From: an uncultured Candidatus Saccharibacteria bacterium
GTDB lineage: Bacteria; Patescibacteriota; Minisyncoccia; Phycocordibacterales; UBA9973
DNA length: 64,000 nt
Direction: 5' to 3'
Assembly (NCBI GenBank): GCA_964450735.1
Contig: CAYVDC010000001.1
Location: forward strand, 69,577-133,576
Part shown: one piece after another, positions 56,188-64,000 of the stretch
How the letters are laid out: every line of letters starts with the position of its first letter
How positions within the stretch are numbered: position 1 is the first letter of the stretch
The notes under the pieces: generated by a model
Told to the model about the DNA's origin: nothing
Seen by the model: the letters and a program-made list of their open reading frames with translations, nothing else
Databases searched by the model: none
Made by a program: the position numbers and the translations under genes

Positions 56188-57027
56188 ATGACTATTTTTG
56201 GTATATGTGATGGTATTTCTTGTGGACAATTGGCTTTAGAAAGAGCAAATATTAATTATGATGTCTATTATGCTTCTGAAATTGATAAATTTGCTATTGG
56301 TAACACTCAACAAAAATTTCCAAATACAATTCAATTAGGGGATGTTGGTGAAATAGATGGAAAAGGTCTTCCTAAAATAGACCTGCTTCTTGGAGGTACA
56401 CCCTGTCAATCATTTAGCAATGCTGGACTTGGTGGTGGATTTCGAGGGAAAAGTGGATTGTTTTGGGAATATGTTAGGCTTTTAGAGGAAACTTCTCCTA
56501 CTTATTTTCTTTTAGAGAATGTAAGGATGAAAAAAGAATGGAAAAATATTATTTCTAATGCTCTTGGGGTAGAACCCATCTCGATTAATTCATCCACAGT
56601 TTCGGCTCAAAATAGACCAAGACTATATTGGACAAATATTCCAAATGTTTCTGTTCCATTTGATAGGGGGATTATGTTAAAAGATATTATTGAAAAGGAT
56701 GTTGAGTTTAAATTTCCAAGTGAGAGAAGAATTGGCTACACTGTTGGGAGAATGAATAAAGGATTTAGTAAAGGAATCATTTACGATTTGAATGTAAAAG
56801 CTCCATGTTTAACAGCCCAAATGTATAAAGCTCTTAACAATCATATCATTTTAGACCCAAATATTAATAAAATAAGATTTCTATCTCCTGTTGAGGCTGA
56901 ACGTCTCAAAACAATTCCTGATAATTATACGGATACAATGAGTGCCACTCAACGCTATAAATCATTAGGAAATGGTTGGACAGTGGACGTGATTTCACAT
57001 ATTCTTTCCTTTATACCCAATTTATGA
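56188..57027 (+). CDS. DNA (cytosine-5)-methyltransferase (orphan, no cognate nuclease seen)
   Basis: Motif I-like IFGICDGISCG, motif IV GGTPCQSFSNAG (PCQ) and motif VI LLENV are all present. The ORF track starts at 56140; ATG 56188 places motif I at the N-terminus, as in C5-MTases. Confidence 0.75.
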   Translation: MTIFGICDGISCGQLALERANINYDVYYASEIDKFAIGNTQQKFPNTIQLGDVGEIDGKGLPKIDLLLGGTPCQSFSNAGLGGGFRGKSGLFWEYVRLLEETSPTYFLLENVRMKKEWKNIISNALGVEPISINSSTVSAQNRPRLYWTNIPNVSVPFDRGIMLKDIIEKDVEFKFPSERRIGYTVGRMNKGFSKGIIYDLNVKAPCLTAQMYKALNNHIILDPNINKIRFLSPVEAERLKTIPDNYTDTMSATQRYKSLGNGWTVDVISHILSFIPNL

Positions 57028-57719
57028 AAAAAGATGTATTGAGAAAACTTCTTTCTAAATATTATTTAGGGGGGAGAATAGAAGAGAACACAATAATTGT
57101 AAATGAAAATGGTGTTCTTATTCCATTTCACACAGATGATGTTCAAATGGGGGGAATTATTTCCTATCCACAAAAACTATTTTCTCAAAATCTTCCCATT
57201 TATAATACAGGATTTTTCCTAAAAAACATTAATCTCCTTTCAGATGAAGTTGAAGTTGAATACAAAGATAATTTCATTAACGTTAGTGATGATAAGTTCT
57301 TAGTTCAAATTCAATTAGCTGATGGAGAATCTATCAATAGTTATGAAAGTATGCTTGCTTATAAAGAGGAAGAATATATCTTTAACTTTGATATTGATGA
57401 ATTCTTTATTAAAGATTTTCTATCCATGTGTGACATTTATAAATCATTAAAAGATAATAATTTTTCAATAAAGAATAAGAAGAGAGAAATATCTTTCACT
57501 TTTGGGGACTATTCAAAGATAAGTTTTAAAAAGAATATTGAAACAAATATTGTTAGAAGTTTTGAAAATCATTATAAAAGTGATATATTTGCAGATATTT
57601 TAAGAGTAAATAAAGAATTTGATAGTGGACGTTTCTTTATGTCCGAAAATACAATCAAACTCAATTTCATTTCAGAAAACATTAATTCAACCTATTATAT
57701 TGTTAAACAAGATGTATAG
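57024..57719 (+). CDS. gp45: Sliding clamp, T4 gp45-like
   Basis: A ~230-aa two-domain layout. FTFGDYSKISFKKNIETNIV aligns with T4 gp45 LTLGDYDGENTFNFIINMANM. ATG 57024 overlaps the MTase stop (ATGA). Confidence 0.65.
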   Translation: MKKDVLRKLLSKYYLGGRIEENTIIVNENGVLIPFHTDDVQMGGIISYPQKLFSQNLPIYNTGFFLKNINLLSDEVEVEYKDNFINVSDDKFLVQIQLADGESINSYESMLAYKEEEYIFNFDIDEFFIKDFLSMCDIYKSLKDNNFSIKNKKREISFTFGDYSKISFKKNIETNIVRSFENHYKSDIFADILRVNKEFDSGRFFMSENTIKLNFISENINSTYYIVKQDV

Positions 57720-58005
57720 TATTAAACCAATGAATGATAAGGTGGTGTTAGTTGAAAAACAATTAAACACACAAACGTATGGAGCTATTGTTAGACCTGA
57801 TATGGGAAAAGAAAAACCTATTGTTGGACAGGTTGTACAAACTAATGATGGATATTATTTAGGAGATAATTTTGTGAATTCTTCTGTTAGTGTTGGTGAT
57901 TTAGTTCTTATCCCTTTATTTGGTACAGTGAAAACAGTGATAGATAAGCAGGAATATTTAATTTGTGCTGAAAATAACATTCTTGGAAAACTAATTGAGC
58001 AATGA
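57711..58005 (+). CDS. groES: Co-chaperonin GroES / T4 gp31-like
   Basis: MYSIKPMNDKVVLV matches GroES MNIRPLHDRVIV. It is ~98 aa with a mobile-loop region followed by a beta-barrel (VGDLVLIP...EYLICAENNILGKL). Confidence 0.75.
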
Positions 58006-58346
58006 TATATAATGTTCTTTTGTCGGATTTAAAAAAGTTTTCAGATGTTGATTTAGAAAAAGTTCAAGAATCAATATCTCGAATCACATATCCTTTATTT
58101 GGAGAATTGGGACATTCTTCTAAACCAACCATCAATCTAAATAATGTTTCACATGAAATCAAAAATGTTAGAATTGAAAATGATAAAGTTTATGGAGACA
58201 TTCTTTTTACAAAAAATAATGGAAAGAGGGCTTCTGAATATTATGAAAAGGGAATAGCTAAGTTTGAAATGAGAGATGTAATATTCATTCAAAACGATAA
58301 ATGTGTAACAGAGATAATTTCATTTGATTTAGTAAACAAACAATAA
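58002..58346 (+). CDS. Hypothetical protein between groES and groEL
   Basis: 114 aa. Confidence 0.4.
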   Translation: MIYNVLLSDLKKFSDVDLEKVQESISRITYPLFGELGHSSKPTINLNNVSHEIKNVRIENDKVYGDILFTKNNGKRASEYYEKGIAKFEMRDVIFIQNDKCVTEIISFDLVNKQ

Positions 58347-58349
58347 TTT

Positions 58350-59981
58350 ATGAAAAAAGACGTAGTATTTTCAGGAGCAGGTCGTAAGAGATTATTCTCA
58401 GGAATTGAAAAAGTGAGTAGAAGTGTTATTTCTACAATGGGAGTTGGTGGAAGGAATGTTGTATTTAAAGATGAATATGGAAATTTACGTTCCACCAAAG
58501 ATGGAGTGACAGTTGCTAAAAATCTTTCTAATTTAAAAGACCCTGTTGAAAATTTTGGAGCAATGTTGATTAAACAGGCTTCTGTTAAAACAGCAGAGCA
58601 AGCAGGTGATGGGACAACCACTTCTACATTATTAGCCTATCATCTTATTTCCAAATCTCTTAATCATCTCGATACAGGAGCTAATTCTGTTGAACTAAAA
58701 AATGGAATTGAATTTGGAGCATCGGAAATTATAAAGGCTCTTTCTGAAATTAAAACAGAAATCAATTCTTCTGAACAGATTAAACAAGTGGCTACACTTT
58801 CTGCTAATGGGGATGAAACCATTGGTGATTTGATTACAGAGGGAATTAACTATGTAGGGGCTGATGGAATCGTCGTTGTTGAGGAATCAAAGACAGGAGA
58901 GACTAAGTTAGAAAAGGTGGAAGGAATTCAGTTTGATAGGGGATATAAATCCCACTATTTTGTTACAGACCAAAGTAAAATGACATGTGATTTTAGCGAT
59001 GCTTACATTTTAATGGTGGATGAACGTATTTCATCAGCAAATGACCTTCTTCCTATATTAGAATTCATTTCATCTGAACAAAAACCATTAGTTGTTGTGG
59101 CAGAAGAAGTGGAAGGAGAGGCAATTGCCACATTAATTGTTAATCATAGCAGAGGAATAATCAAAGCATGTGCTATTAAAGCTCCTGAATTTGGTGATAG
59201 AAGAACATTATTTTTGGAAGATTTAGCCATTATTACAGGAGGAAAAGTATTTAATAAGAATAAAGGACTTCCTCTTTCCGATTTCGACCCACAATTATTG
59301 GGGAAATGTAGGACAATTAATGTAAAAGCATCAAAAACCACAATTGTAGATGGTGCAGGAGATTCAGAAGAAATCAAATCTCGCATTTTAGATATTAAAT
59401 CACAGATTGATTCATGTGAATCCAATTACGAAAAAGAGAAATTACAACAACGTCTTGGTAAATTAGTCGGAGGTGTTGCTATTGTTTCCATTGGTGGACG
59501 AACAGATGTCGAGATAAAGGAACGTAAAGACAGAGCAGAAGATGCGTTATACGCCACATATGCGGCTATTGAAGAGGGAATATTAGTTGGAGGAGGATGT
59601 TCTTTTATGAAAGCTCTAACAACAATAAATAACACAGCTATAATTTCCGATAATATGTCTGATTCGTATTGGACAGGATTTAAGATTCTTCTATCATCTG
59701 TAAAAGAACCTTTCTTTCAAATTTTAAGAAATGCAGGATATGGAGAATCAGATATTTACGGCTATGTGCCTTCAATCTCGAATGGAGATTCTTCAATTGT
59801 AAATCCTCTCAGTGGAGAAGTGGTTGATGCGTTTGAATTAGGTGTAATTGACCCATTCAAAGTGACACGTACAGCATTGGAAAATGCAGTGTCGGTAGCA
59901 GGTACTGTTATCCTAACAGAATGCGTAATCTTTGACGAAGATGAAGAAAAACAAGAACCATCTCCTTATAACTTTCAATAG
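58350..59981 (+). CDS. groEL: Chaperonin GroEL (Hsp60) homolog
   Basis: TKDGVTVAKNL, AGDGTTTSTLLA and GGG motifs are present. At 543 aa it is collinear with bacterial GroEL, but the C-terminus is acidic (DEDEEKQEPSPYNFQ) instead of GGM repeats. Confidence 0.95.
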   Translation: MKKDVVFSGAGRKRLFSGIEKVSRSVISTMGVGGRNVVFKDEYGNLRSTKDGVTVAKNLSNLKDPVENFGAMLIKQASVKTAEQAGDGTTTSTLLAYHLISKSLNHLDTGANSVELKNGIEFGASEIIKALSEIKTEINSSEQIKQVATLSANGDETIGDLITEGINYVGADGIVVVEESKTGETKLEKVEGIQFDRGYKSHYFVTDQSKMTCDFSDAYILMVDERISSANDLLPILEFISSEQKPLVVVAEEVEGEAIATLIVNHSRGIIKACAIKAPEFGDRRTLFLEDLAIITGGKVFNKNKGLPLSDFDPQLLGKCRTINVKASKTTIVDGAGDSEEIKSRILDIKSQIDSCESNYEKEKLQQRLGKLVGGVAIVSIGGRTDVEIKERKDRAEDALYATYAAIEEGILVGGGCSFMKALTTINNTAIISDNMSDSYWTGFKILLSSVKEPFFQILRNAGYGESDIYGYVPSISNGDSSIVNPLSGEVVDAFELGVIDPFKVTRTALENAVSVAGTVILTECVIFDEDEEKQEPSPYNFQ

Positions 59982-60152
59982 TGAAGAACAAAGATAAATT
60001 GAAAGTAACAACAACGAGTGAAACTCCTATTGTTACAAACACGACAATTATGCTCCATCCTGAGAAAATAAAAATAGAGTTGGAGGCTTCTAAGATGTCT
60101 ATTTGGACTAAAATTATTAATTTTTTCAAAAACTACAATAAAATTTACTAAA

Positions 60153-60422
60153 ATGGCAAAAAAGAAACAAGTGACATTAGAATCCTTTGAAGAAAAGGTT
60201 GAACCATTAGTGGTGGAAGAAGAAATTGATGATATTGTTGTCATTGCATCAGAAGCGATAAATAAGATTTATCAAATCAAAACTATTGAGCGATGGAAAT
60301 TGAACAATGCTGTTGATTTAGTTTCACAGGGAAGAAATGATGAGGCTGTTAAATTGTTAATGCAAATTCAAACAATTGATAGAAATCTTCTTAGTGAAAT
60401 CATTAATCTCCTTAATAAATGA
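60153..60422 (+). CDS. Hypothetical protein upstream of the clamp loader (gp62-position ORF)
   Basis: 89 aa, overlapping the clamp-loader start. Confidence 0.35.
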   Translation: MAKKKQVTLESFEEKVEPLVVEEEIDDIVVIASEAINKIYQIKTIERWKLNNAVDLVSQGRNDEAVKLLMQIQTIDRNLLSEIINLLNK

Positions 60423-61318
60423 AAACTCTTTGGGTAGAGAAATACAGACCCAACAATATTGAGGAATACTTATGTAATGAAGAATTTAAAAATAACATTT
60501 TAAAGAAATTCATTGATGAACAAAGTATTCCTCATATTATTTTACATGGGTCTGCTGGACAAGGTAAAACGAGTTTGGCTAAAATATTAATCAAAGAATT
60601 AAATGCCACTCATTTATATATTAATGCAAGTGAGGAAAATGGAATAAATGTAATTAGAGAAAGGGTGAAAGAATTTGCTAAATCTTCTTCCCTATCTCCA
60701 ATTAAAATCGTCTTCTTCGATGAAGGAGATAGACTTTCAGCAGAAGCCCAAGATAGCTTAAAGAACATGATGGAATCTTATTCTAACAAAACAAGATTCA
60801 TTTTCACAACAAATAAGCTACATGGATTCATCGAACCCATCATCAGTAGATGTGCTGTTTTTGAAATAAAAGCACCTTCTAAAAGAGAAGTGGCTAAAAG
60901 AATGGTGCAGATTTCCAAATCAGAAAATATATTGCTATCAATGGACACGTTAGCAATGATTGTTAATGATAACTATCCCGATATTAGAAGATGTATTGAT
61001 GAGATGGAAGTGAACATTAAAGATGGTAGATGTATATATGTTAATAAATCTTTAAAATTTATTGATAATTTATTTGAAATTATTGATAAAAGTGTTAATT
61101 TTGCTTTGAAATTCAAAGAAATCAAAGACTTGATATATCAACAAGATTTTAATTACAACCATCTTTATTCAGAGTTATTTGATAAGTTGGAAAGTAAGGA
61201 TAAATTGGAAATGTCAATCCTTATTGTCGGAGAATATTCATATTACAATTCAGTAGTGATGGATAAGAGAATCAATTTTTTAACTTGTATAACTAAATTA
61301 ATTAATTTATGGAATTAA
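60419..61318 (+). CDS. gp44: Clamp loader AAA+ subunit, gp44/RFC-small-subunit-like
   Basis: LWVEKYRPNNIEE (RFC box II KYRP); Walker A LHGSAGQGKTS; Walker B IVFFDEGD; SRC motif IISRCAVFE. Confidence 0.85.
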   Translation: MKTLWVEKYRPNNIEEYLCNEEFKNNILKKFIDEQSIPHIILHGSAGQGKTSLAKILIKELNATHLYINASEENGINVIRERVKEFAKSSSLSPIKIVFFDEGDRLSAEAQDSLKNMMESYSNKTRFIFTTNKLHGFIEPIISRCAVFEIKAPSKREVAKRMVQISKSENILLSMDTLAMIVNDNYPDIRRCIDEMEVNIKDGRCIYVNKSLKFIDNLFEIIDKSVNFALKFKEIKDLIYQQDFNYNHLYSELFDKLESKDKLEMSILIVGEYSYYNSVVMDKRINFLTCITKLINLWN

Positions 61319-61548
61319 ATAAGGGAAAAGTGACAGTGGATTTGAGGAAACATTCTAAACCAATGAAATGTCAAGCTATTGTGGATGGAATTAAATGCGA
61401 GAACACCACATTCATTCAAGGAGCGATGTTTAATAAAGTGTCTAAGTTTATAACAGGAAACCCACAAGATACCATTCTATCCATTCCTGTTTTTTTATGT
61501 ACAAAATGTAACACTCCTCTCAAAGAATTTCTTCCAGAAGATGTTTAA
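61309..61548 (+). CDS. Hypothetical small Cys-containing protein (possible clamp-loader accessory)
   Basis: 79 aa with CQAIVDGIKC...CTKC. Confidence 0.35.
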   Translation: MELNKGKVTVDLRKHSKPMKCQAIVDGIKCENTTFIQGAMFNKVSKFITGNPQDTILSIPVFLCTKCNTPLKEFLPEDV

Positions 61549-61846
61549 ATTTATTGACTATTTAACAAAGGAGAAGAAAAAATGGAAGAATTTAACAGAA
61601 GAAGAAAAGAATGAATATTCACCTTTTGTTATTAATTCTTTTCTTTCCAACTCAGAAGAATTAGTTGAAATAATAAATTTCCTTAACATCTATTATAAGA
61701 TTCCAAAAAAAGAACATTATAATTTCTTATTGAAAACCCTTCCTAAAAAGAAAATGTTTATTGGCTTTTCTAAAAAAGAAAAGAAAATTGATAAAGTTGA
61801 AACTAATTCTAAATCAATTCAGTTTATAAAGAAAAAGAAAAAATGA
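61541..61846 (+). CDS. Hypothetical Lys-rich small protein
   Basis: 101 aa. Confidence 0.35.
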   Translation: MFKFIDYLTKEKKKWKNLTEEEKNEYSPFVINSFLSNSEELVEIINFLNIYYKIPKKEHYNFLLKTLPKKKMFIGFSKKEKKIDKVETNSKSIQFIKKKKK

Positions 61847-63084
61847 ATTTAATAGGAATCGCGGGGAAAGCCCAAGCTGGAAAAAACTTAACAGCATCTA
61901 TTATTCAAAAATTAACATCTCCTCATTACAATGATGTTGATATAGATTGGAATAATCTATCGAAATATAATTTTACTAATAGCGAATGGGAACAAAAATG
62001 TTTTGCAGATAAGCTGAAAGACATAGTTTGTATTTTGATTGGATGTACTCGCAAACAATTAGAAGATGGAGCATTTAAAGAAACTGAATTAGGAGAAGAA
62101 TGGTGGATATATGATGTCAATGAATTTCAACAACCATATGAAGAAGGAGATTGTGAACCTATACCTGTTATAAAATTAACACCAAGAAAATTATTACAAA
62201 CTATTGGTACTGATTTATTTAGAAATAGGTTACATCCTGATATTTGGTGTAACTCTCTTTTTTCAGATTACAATGAGGATACTGAAAAATGGATAGATGT
62301 TGTAAATTATGAAGGTAGTTATCAAATTTCTTCTTTTGGTAGAATAAAAAGTTTAGATAGAAAAATAGTTTATGGAGAAGGTATTGGTCAATATCATACT
62401 AAAAAAAGTCAATTTTTAAAACCTACTCTAAGTGGTGGATATGAAACAGTATCTTTAAGTGGTAAAACTTTTACTCTACATTCTTTAGTAGCTAAACATT
62501 TTGTAAAAGGTTATCAAGAAGGGTTTGTTGTAAATCACATTGATTACAATAAAACAAATAATTTTTATAAAAATCTTGAGTGGATAACCCAAGAAGATAA
62601 TATAAAACATAATAAAACTACTCTTAGGGGTAATTTTGGAGAATCTCAAAAAGATGCTAAATTAGATTCTGATAAAGTATTAGCAATAAAAAAACTTATT
62701 GAATATAATACTTTATCTCAAAATAAAATAGCAAAATTATTTAATGTTTCTCCAACTACAATTTCAGGTATTAAAAAAGGTAAAAAGTGGAATCATGTAG
62801 GTAAAGATATTGATAAAATAGAACCTATATTACCTGTATTTGCACCTAAATGGATTATCACAGATGTTCGATTTCCAAACGAGTGTAAGAAAATAAAAGA
62901 AAAAGGTGGAATTATAATTAATGTGGTGAGAAATCATTCTATTAATAAAAATGAACATGTCTCAGAAAGAATGTTAGATGGATATAGTTTCGATTACCAA
63001 ATAAATAATTTTGGAACGATTGAAGAATTGGTTAAACTTGTAAAAGAAATTTTGATTAAAGAAAATATTTTAGAAAATGATTGA
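61843..63084 (+). CDS. gp1: dNMP kinase (T4 gp1-like) with an in-frame NUMOD4-HNH-HTH homing-endonuclease domain insertion
   Basis: N-terminal MNLIGIAGKAQAGKNLTA matches T4 gp1 MKLIFLSGVKRSGKDTTA; LLQTIGTDLFRNRLHPDIW matches LMQALGTDLIVNNFDRMYW; C-terminal WIITDVRFPNE...GGIIINVVR...FGTIEEL matches YYIVPDTRQDHE...GATVIHVVR...DGSLEEL. Between them (aa ~146-335, nt ~62280-62850) lie a NUMOD4-like box (EGSYQISSFGRIKS), an HNH box (HSLVAKHFVKGYQEGFVVNHIDYNKTNNFYKNLEW) and an IENR/NUMOD1-like HTH (LSQNKIAKLFNVSPTTISGI). Confidence 0.75.
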   Translation: MNLIGIAGKAQAGKNLTASIIQKLTSPHYNDVDIDWNNLSKYNFTNSEWEQKCFADKLKDIVCILIGCTRKQLEDGAFKETELGEEWWIYDVNEFQQPYEEGDCEPIPVIKLTPRKLLQTIGTDLFRNRLHPDIWCNSLFSDYNEDTEKWIDVVNYEGSYQISSFGRIKSLDRKIVYGEGIGQYHTKKSQFLKPTLSGGYETVSLSGKTFTLHSLVAKHFVKGYQEGFVVNHIDYNKTNNFYKNLEWITQEDNIKHNKTTLRGNFGESQKDAKLDSDKVLAIKKLIEYNTLSQNKIAKLFNVSPTTISGIKKGKKWNHVGKDIDKIEPILPVFAPKWIITDVRFPNECKKIKEKGGIIINVVRNHSINKNEHVSERMLDGYSFDYQINNFGTIEELVKLVKEILIKENILEND

Positions 63085-63526
63085 AAAAATAAAACATTGG
63101 AGAGAAGTTTTTGGACTTCCTAACAGAACAGTTCCGCAAATACCCAGTGATAAAGAAATGGCTTTGTCTTTTAAATTGATTCTTGAAGAAACAGAGGAAT
63201 TGAAATTAGCTATTGAAAACTATTCTCTGAATGACATTGCTGACGCAATAGGTGATTTATACTTCGTAGTTACGCAGATGGCTATGGTGTGTGGATTAGA
63301 CCCAAAAGAACTTGTTGAAAAGGTCTATGATTCCAATATGAGTAAACTCTGTTTAACAATAGAAGAATCGTTAGATAGTGTCTTTGAATATAAAAGAAAA
63401 GGAATAGATGTTTATGCTGAAAAATTCAATGAATATTATATTTTGAAAAGACTAAGTGATGGTAAAGTATTGAAATCTATTAACTTCAAAGAACCAAATT
63501 GGAATTATGATAATGATAGGCAGTAA
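63077..63526 (+). CDS. MazG-like all-alpha nucleoside triphosphate pyrophosphohydrolase (T4 gp56 dCTPase-like or MazZ-like)
   Basis: LILEETEELKLAIEN...DAIGDLYFVVTQMAMVCGLDP fits the MazG/HisE EExxE...DxxxD metal-binding helices. Size is 149 aa. Confidence 0.55.
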   Translation: MIEKIKHWREVFGLPNRTVPQIPSDKEMALSFKLILEETEELKLAIENYSLNDIADAIGDLYFVVTQMAMVCGLDPKELVEKVYDSNMSKLCLTIEESLDSVFEYKRKGIDVYAEKFNEYYILKRLSDGKVLKSINFKEPNWNYDNDRQ

Positions 63527-64000
63527 AGCCATAAAAAGATGGTTTGAAGATTTCCCAAGAACTCCCAAAGATGTTGATTACATTGTTGATTATAAAACAA
63601 AAGGTTCGAGCGAAATAGAATTATTATACAACCCAATTCTTTACAAATTCATTAAAGAAGAATTTCCATATTGGGAAGTGGCAAGTCCTGATGTTTTATA
63701 TACATTAAAAATGTCACATGTTGTTGGATGGGATATAAATTGGGAAAAACATTTATTTGACATTCAATTCTTAAAAAAGAAAGGATGTAAATTAATCTCT
63801 GAATTGTTTTATGAATTGTATGAATTTTGGAACACTGTTCACCAGAAAAATAAAAGAAGTGAATTGAATATGTCTTCTGAAATGTTTTTTGATAATGCTA
63901 TTAAATATCCTGTTCCACATGATATTATTCATACTTTTATAAAAAATCCTCCCACATTTACTAAAGTGTTGGTTGGGGAAGTGGAGGTGAGTGAATCATT
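63514..64000 (+). CDS. Nucleotidyltransferase-fold protein (3' end beyond the window)
   Basis: MIGSKAIKRWFEDFPRTPKDVDYIV fits the minimal NTase signature GS-x(n)-D-x-D. The frame stays open to the window end. It is not in the ORF track because no stop is reached. Confidence 0.35.

Noticed and set aside
62280-62850. Intein interpretation of the insertion in the dNMP kinase
   Set aside because: There is no Cys/Ser/Thr nucleophile at a plausible N-junction, no terminal His-Asn followed by Cys/Ser/Thr, and no Hint blocks. The insert is an HNH free-standing endonuclease architecture (NUMOD4-HNH-HTH).

Overview
This window is a 64 kb AT-rich (roughly one-third GC) segment of a T4-like myovirus (phage) genome, with essentially every gene on the + strand. 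The left ~42 kb is a late/structural block. It opens with a T4 gp23-like major capsid protein, truncated 5' at the window edge. Next come a split PD-(D/E)XK endonuclease-like gene, phoH, and a ~5 kb carbohydrate-modification cluster (FkbM methyltransferase, GNAT acetyltransferase, GT8-like and GT2 glycosyltransferases, a 2OG-Fe(II) oxygenase-like protein). Downstream are candidate baseplate/neck proteins and three giant fibre proteins of 947, 2363 and 1492 aa with shared modules. The 2363-aa fibre has a Gly-rich C-terminus and the 1492-aa fibre ends in an S74 intramolecular-chaperone domain. The block continues with a pectate-lyase-fold depolymerase, a 912-aa Thr-rich SprB-repeat-like mosaic protein, tail sheath, tail tube, a possible chaperone pair, the tape measure protein, a LysM-like protein and large baseplate proteins. 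The right ~22 kb is a replication/nucleotide-metabolism block. It carries a gp32-like SSB, a UvsX-like recombinase, RNase H/FEN, a gp41-like DnaB helicase, a family B DNA polymerase, the gp45 clamp and the gp44 clamp loader. It also carries a complete GroES plus GroEL chaperonin pair, a vWA protein, a short PurA-family adenylosuccinate-synthetase-like enzyme (PurZ candidate), an orphan C5-cytosine methyltransferase, a gp1-like dNMP kinase with an in-frame HNH homing-endonuclease insertion, a MazG-like pyrophosphatase and a partial nucleotidyltransferase-fold ORF. A recurring TATTTATATAAAA motif 7-19 nt upstream of late genes looks like this phage's late promoter. SprB-type repeats, short leaders and AT-richness point to a Bacteroidota (Flavobacteriia-like) host, which is an inference. 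Family calls come from motif recognition by eye in the supplied translations; no database search was possible.
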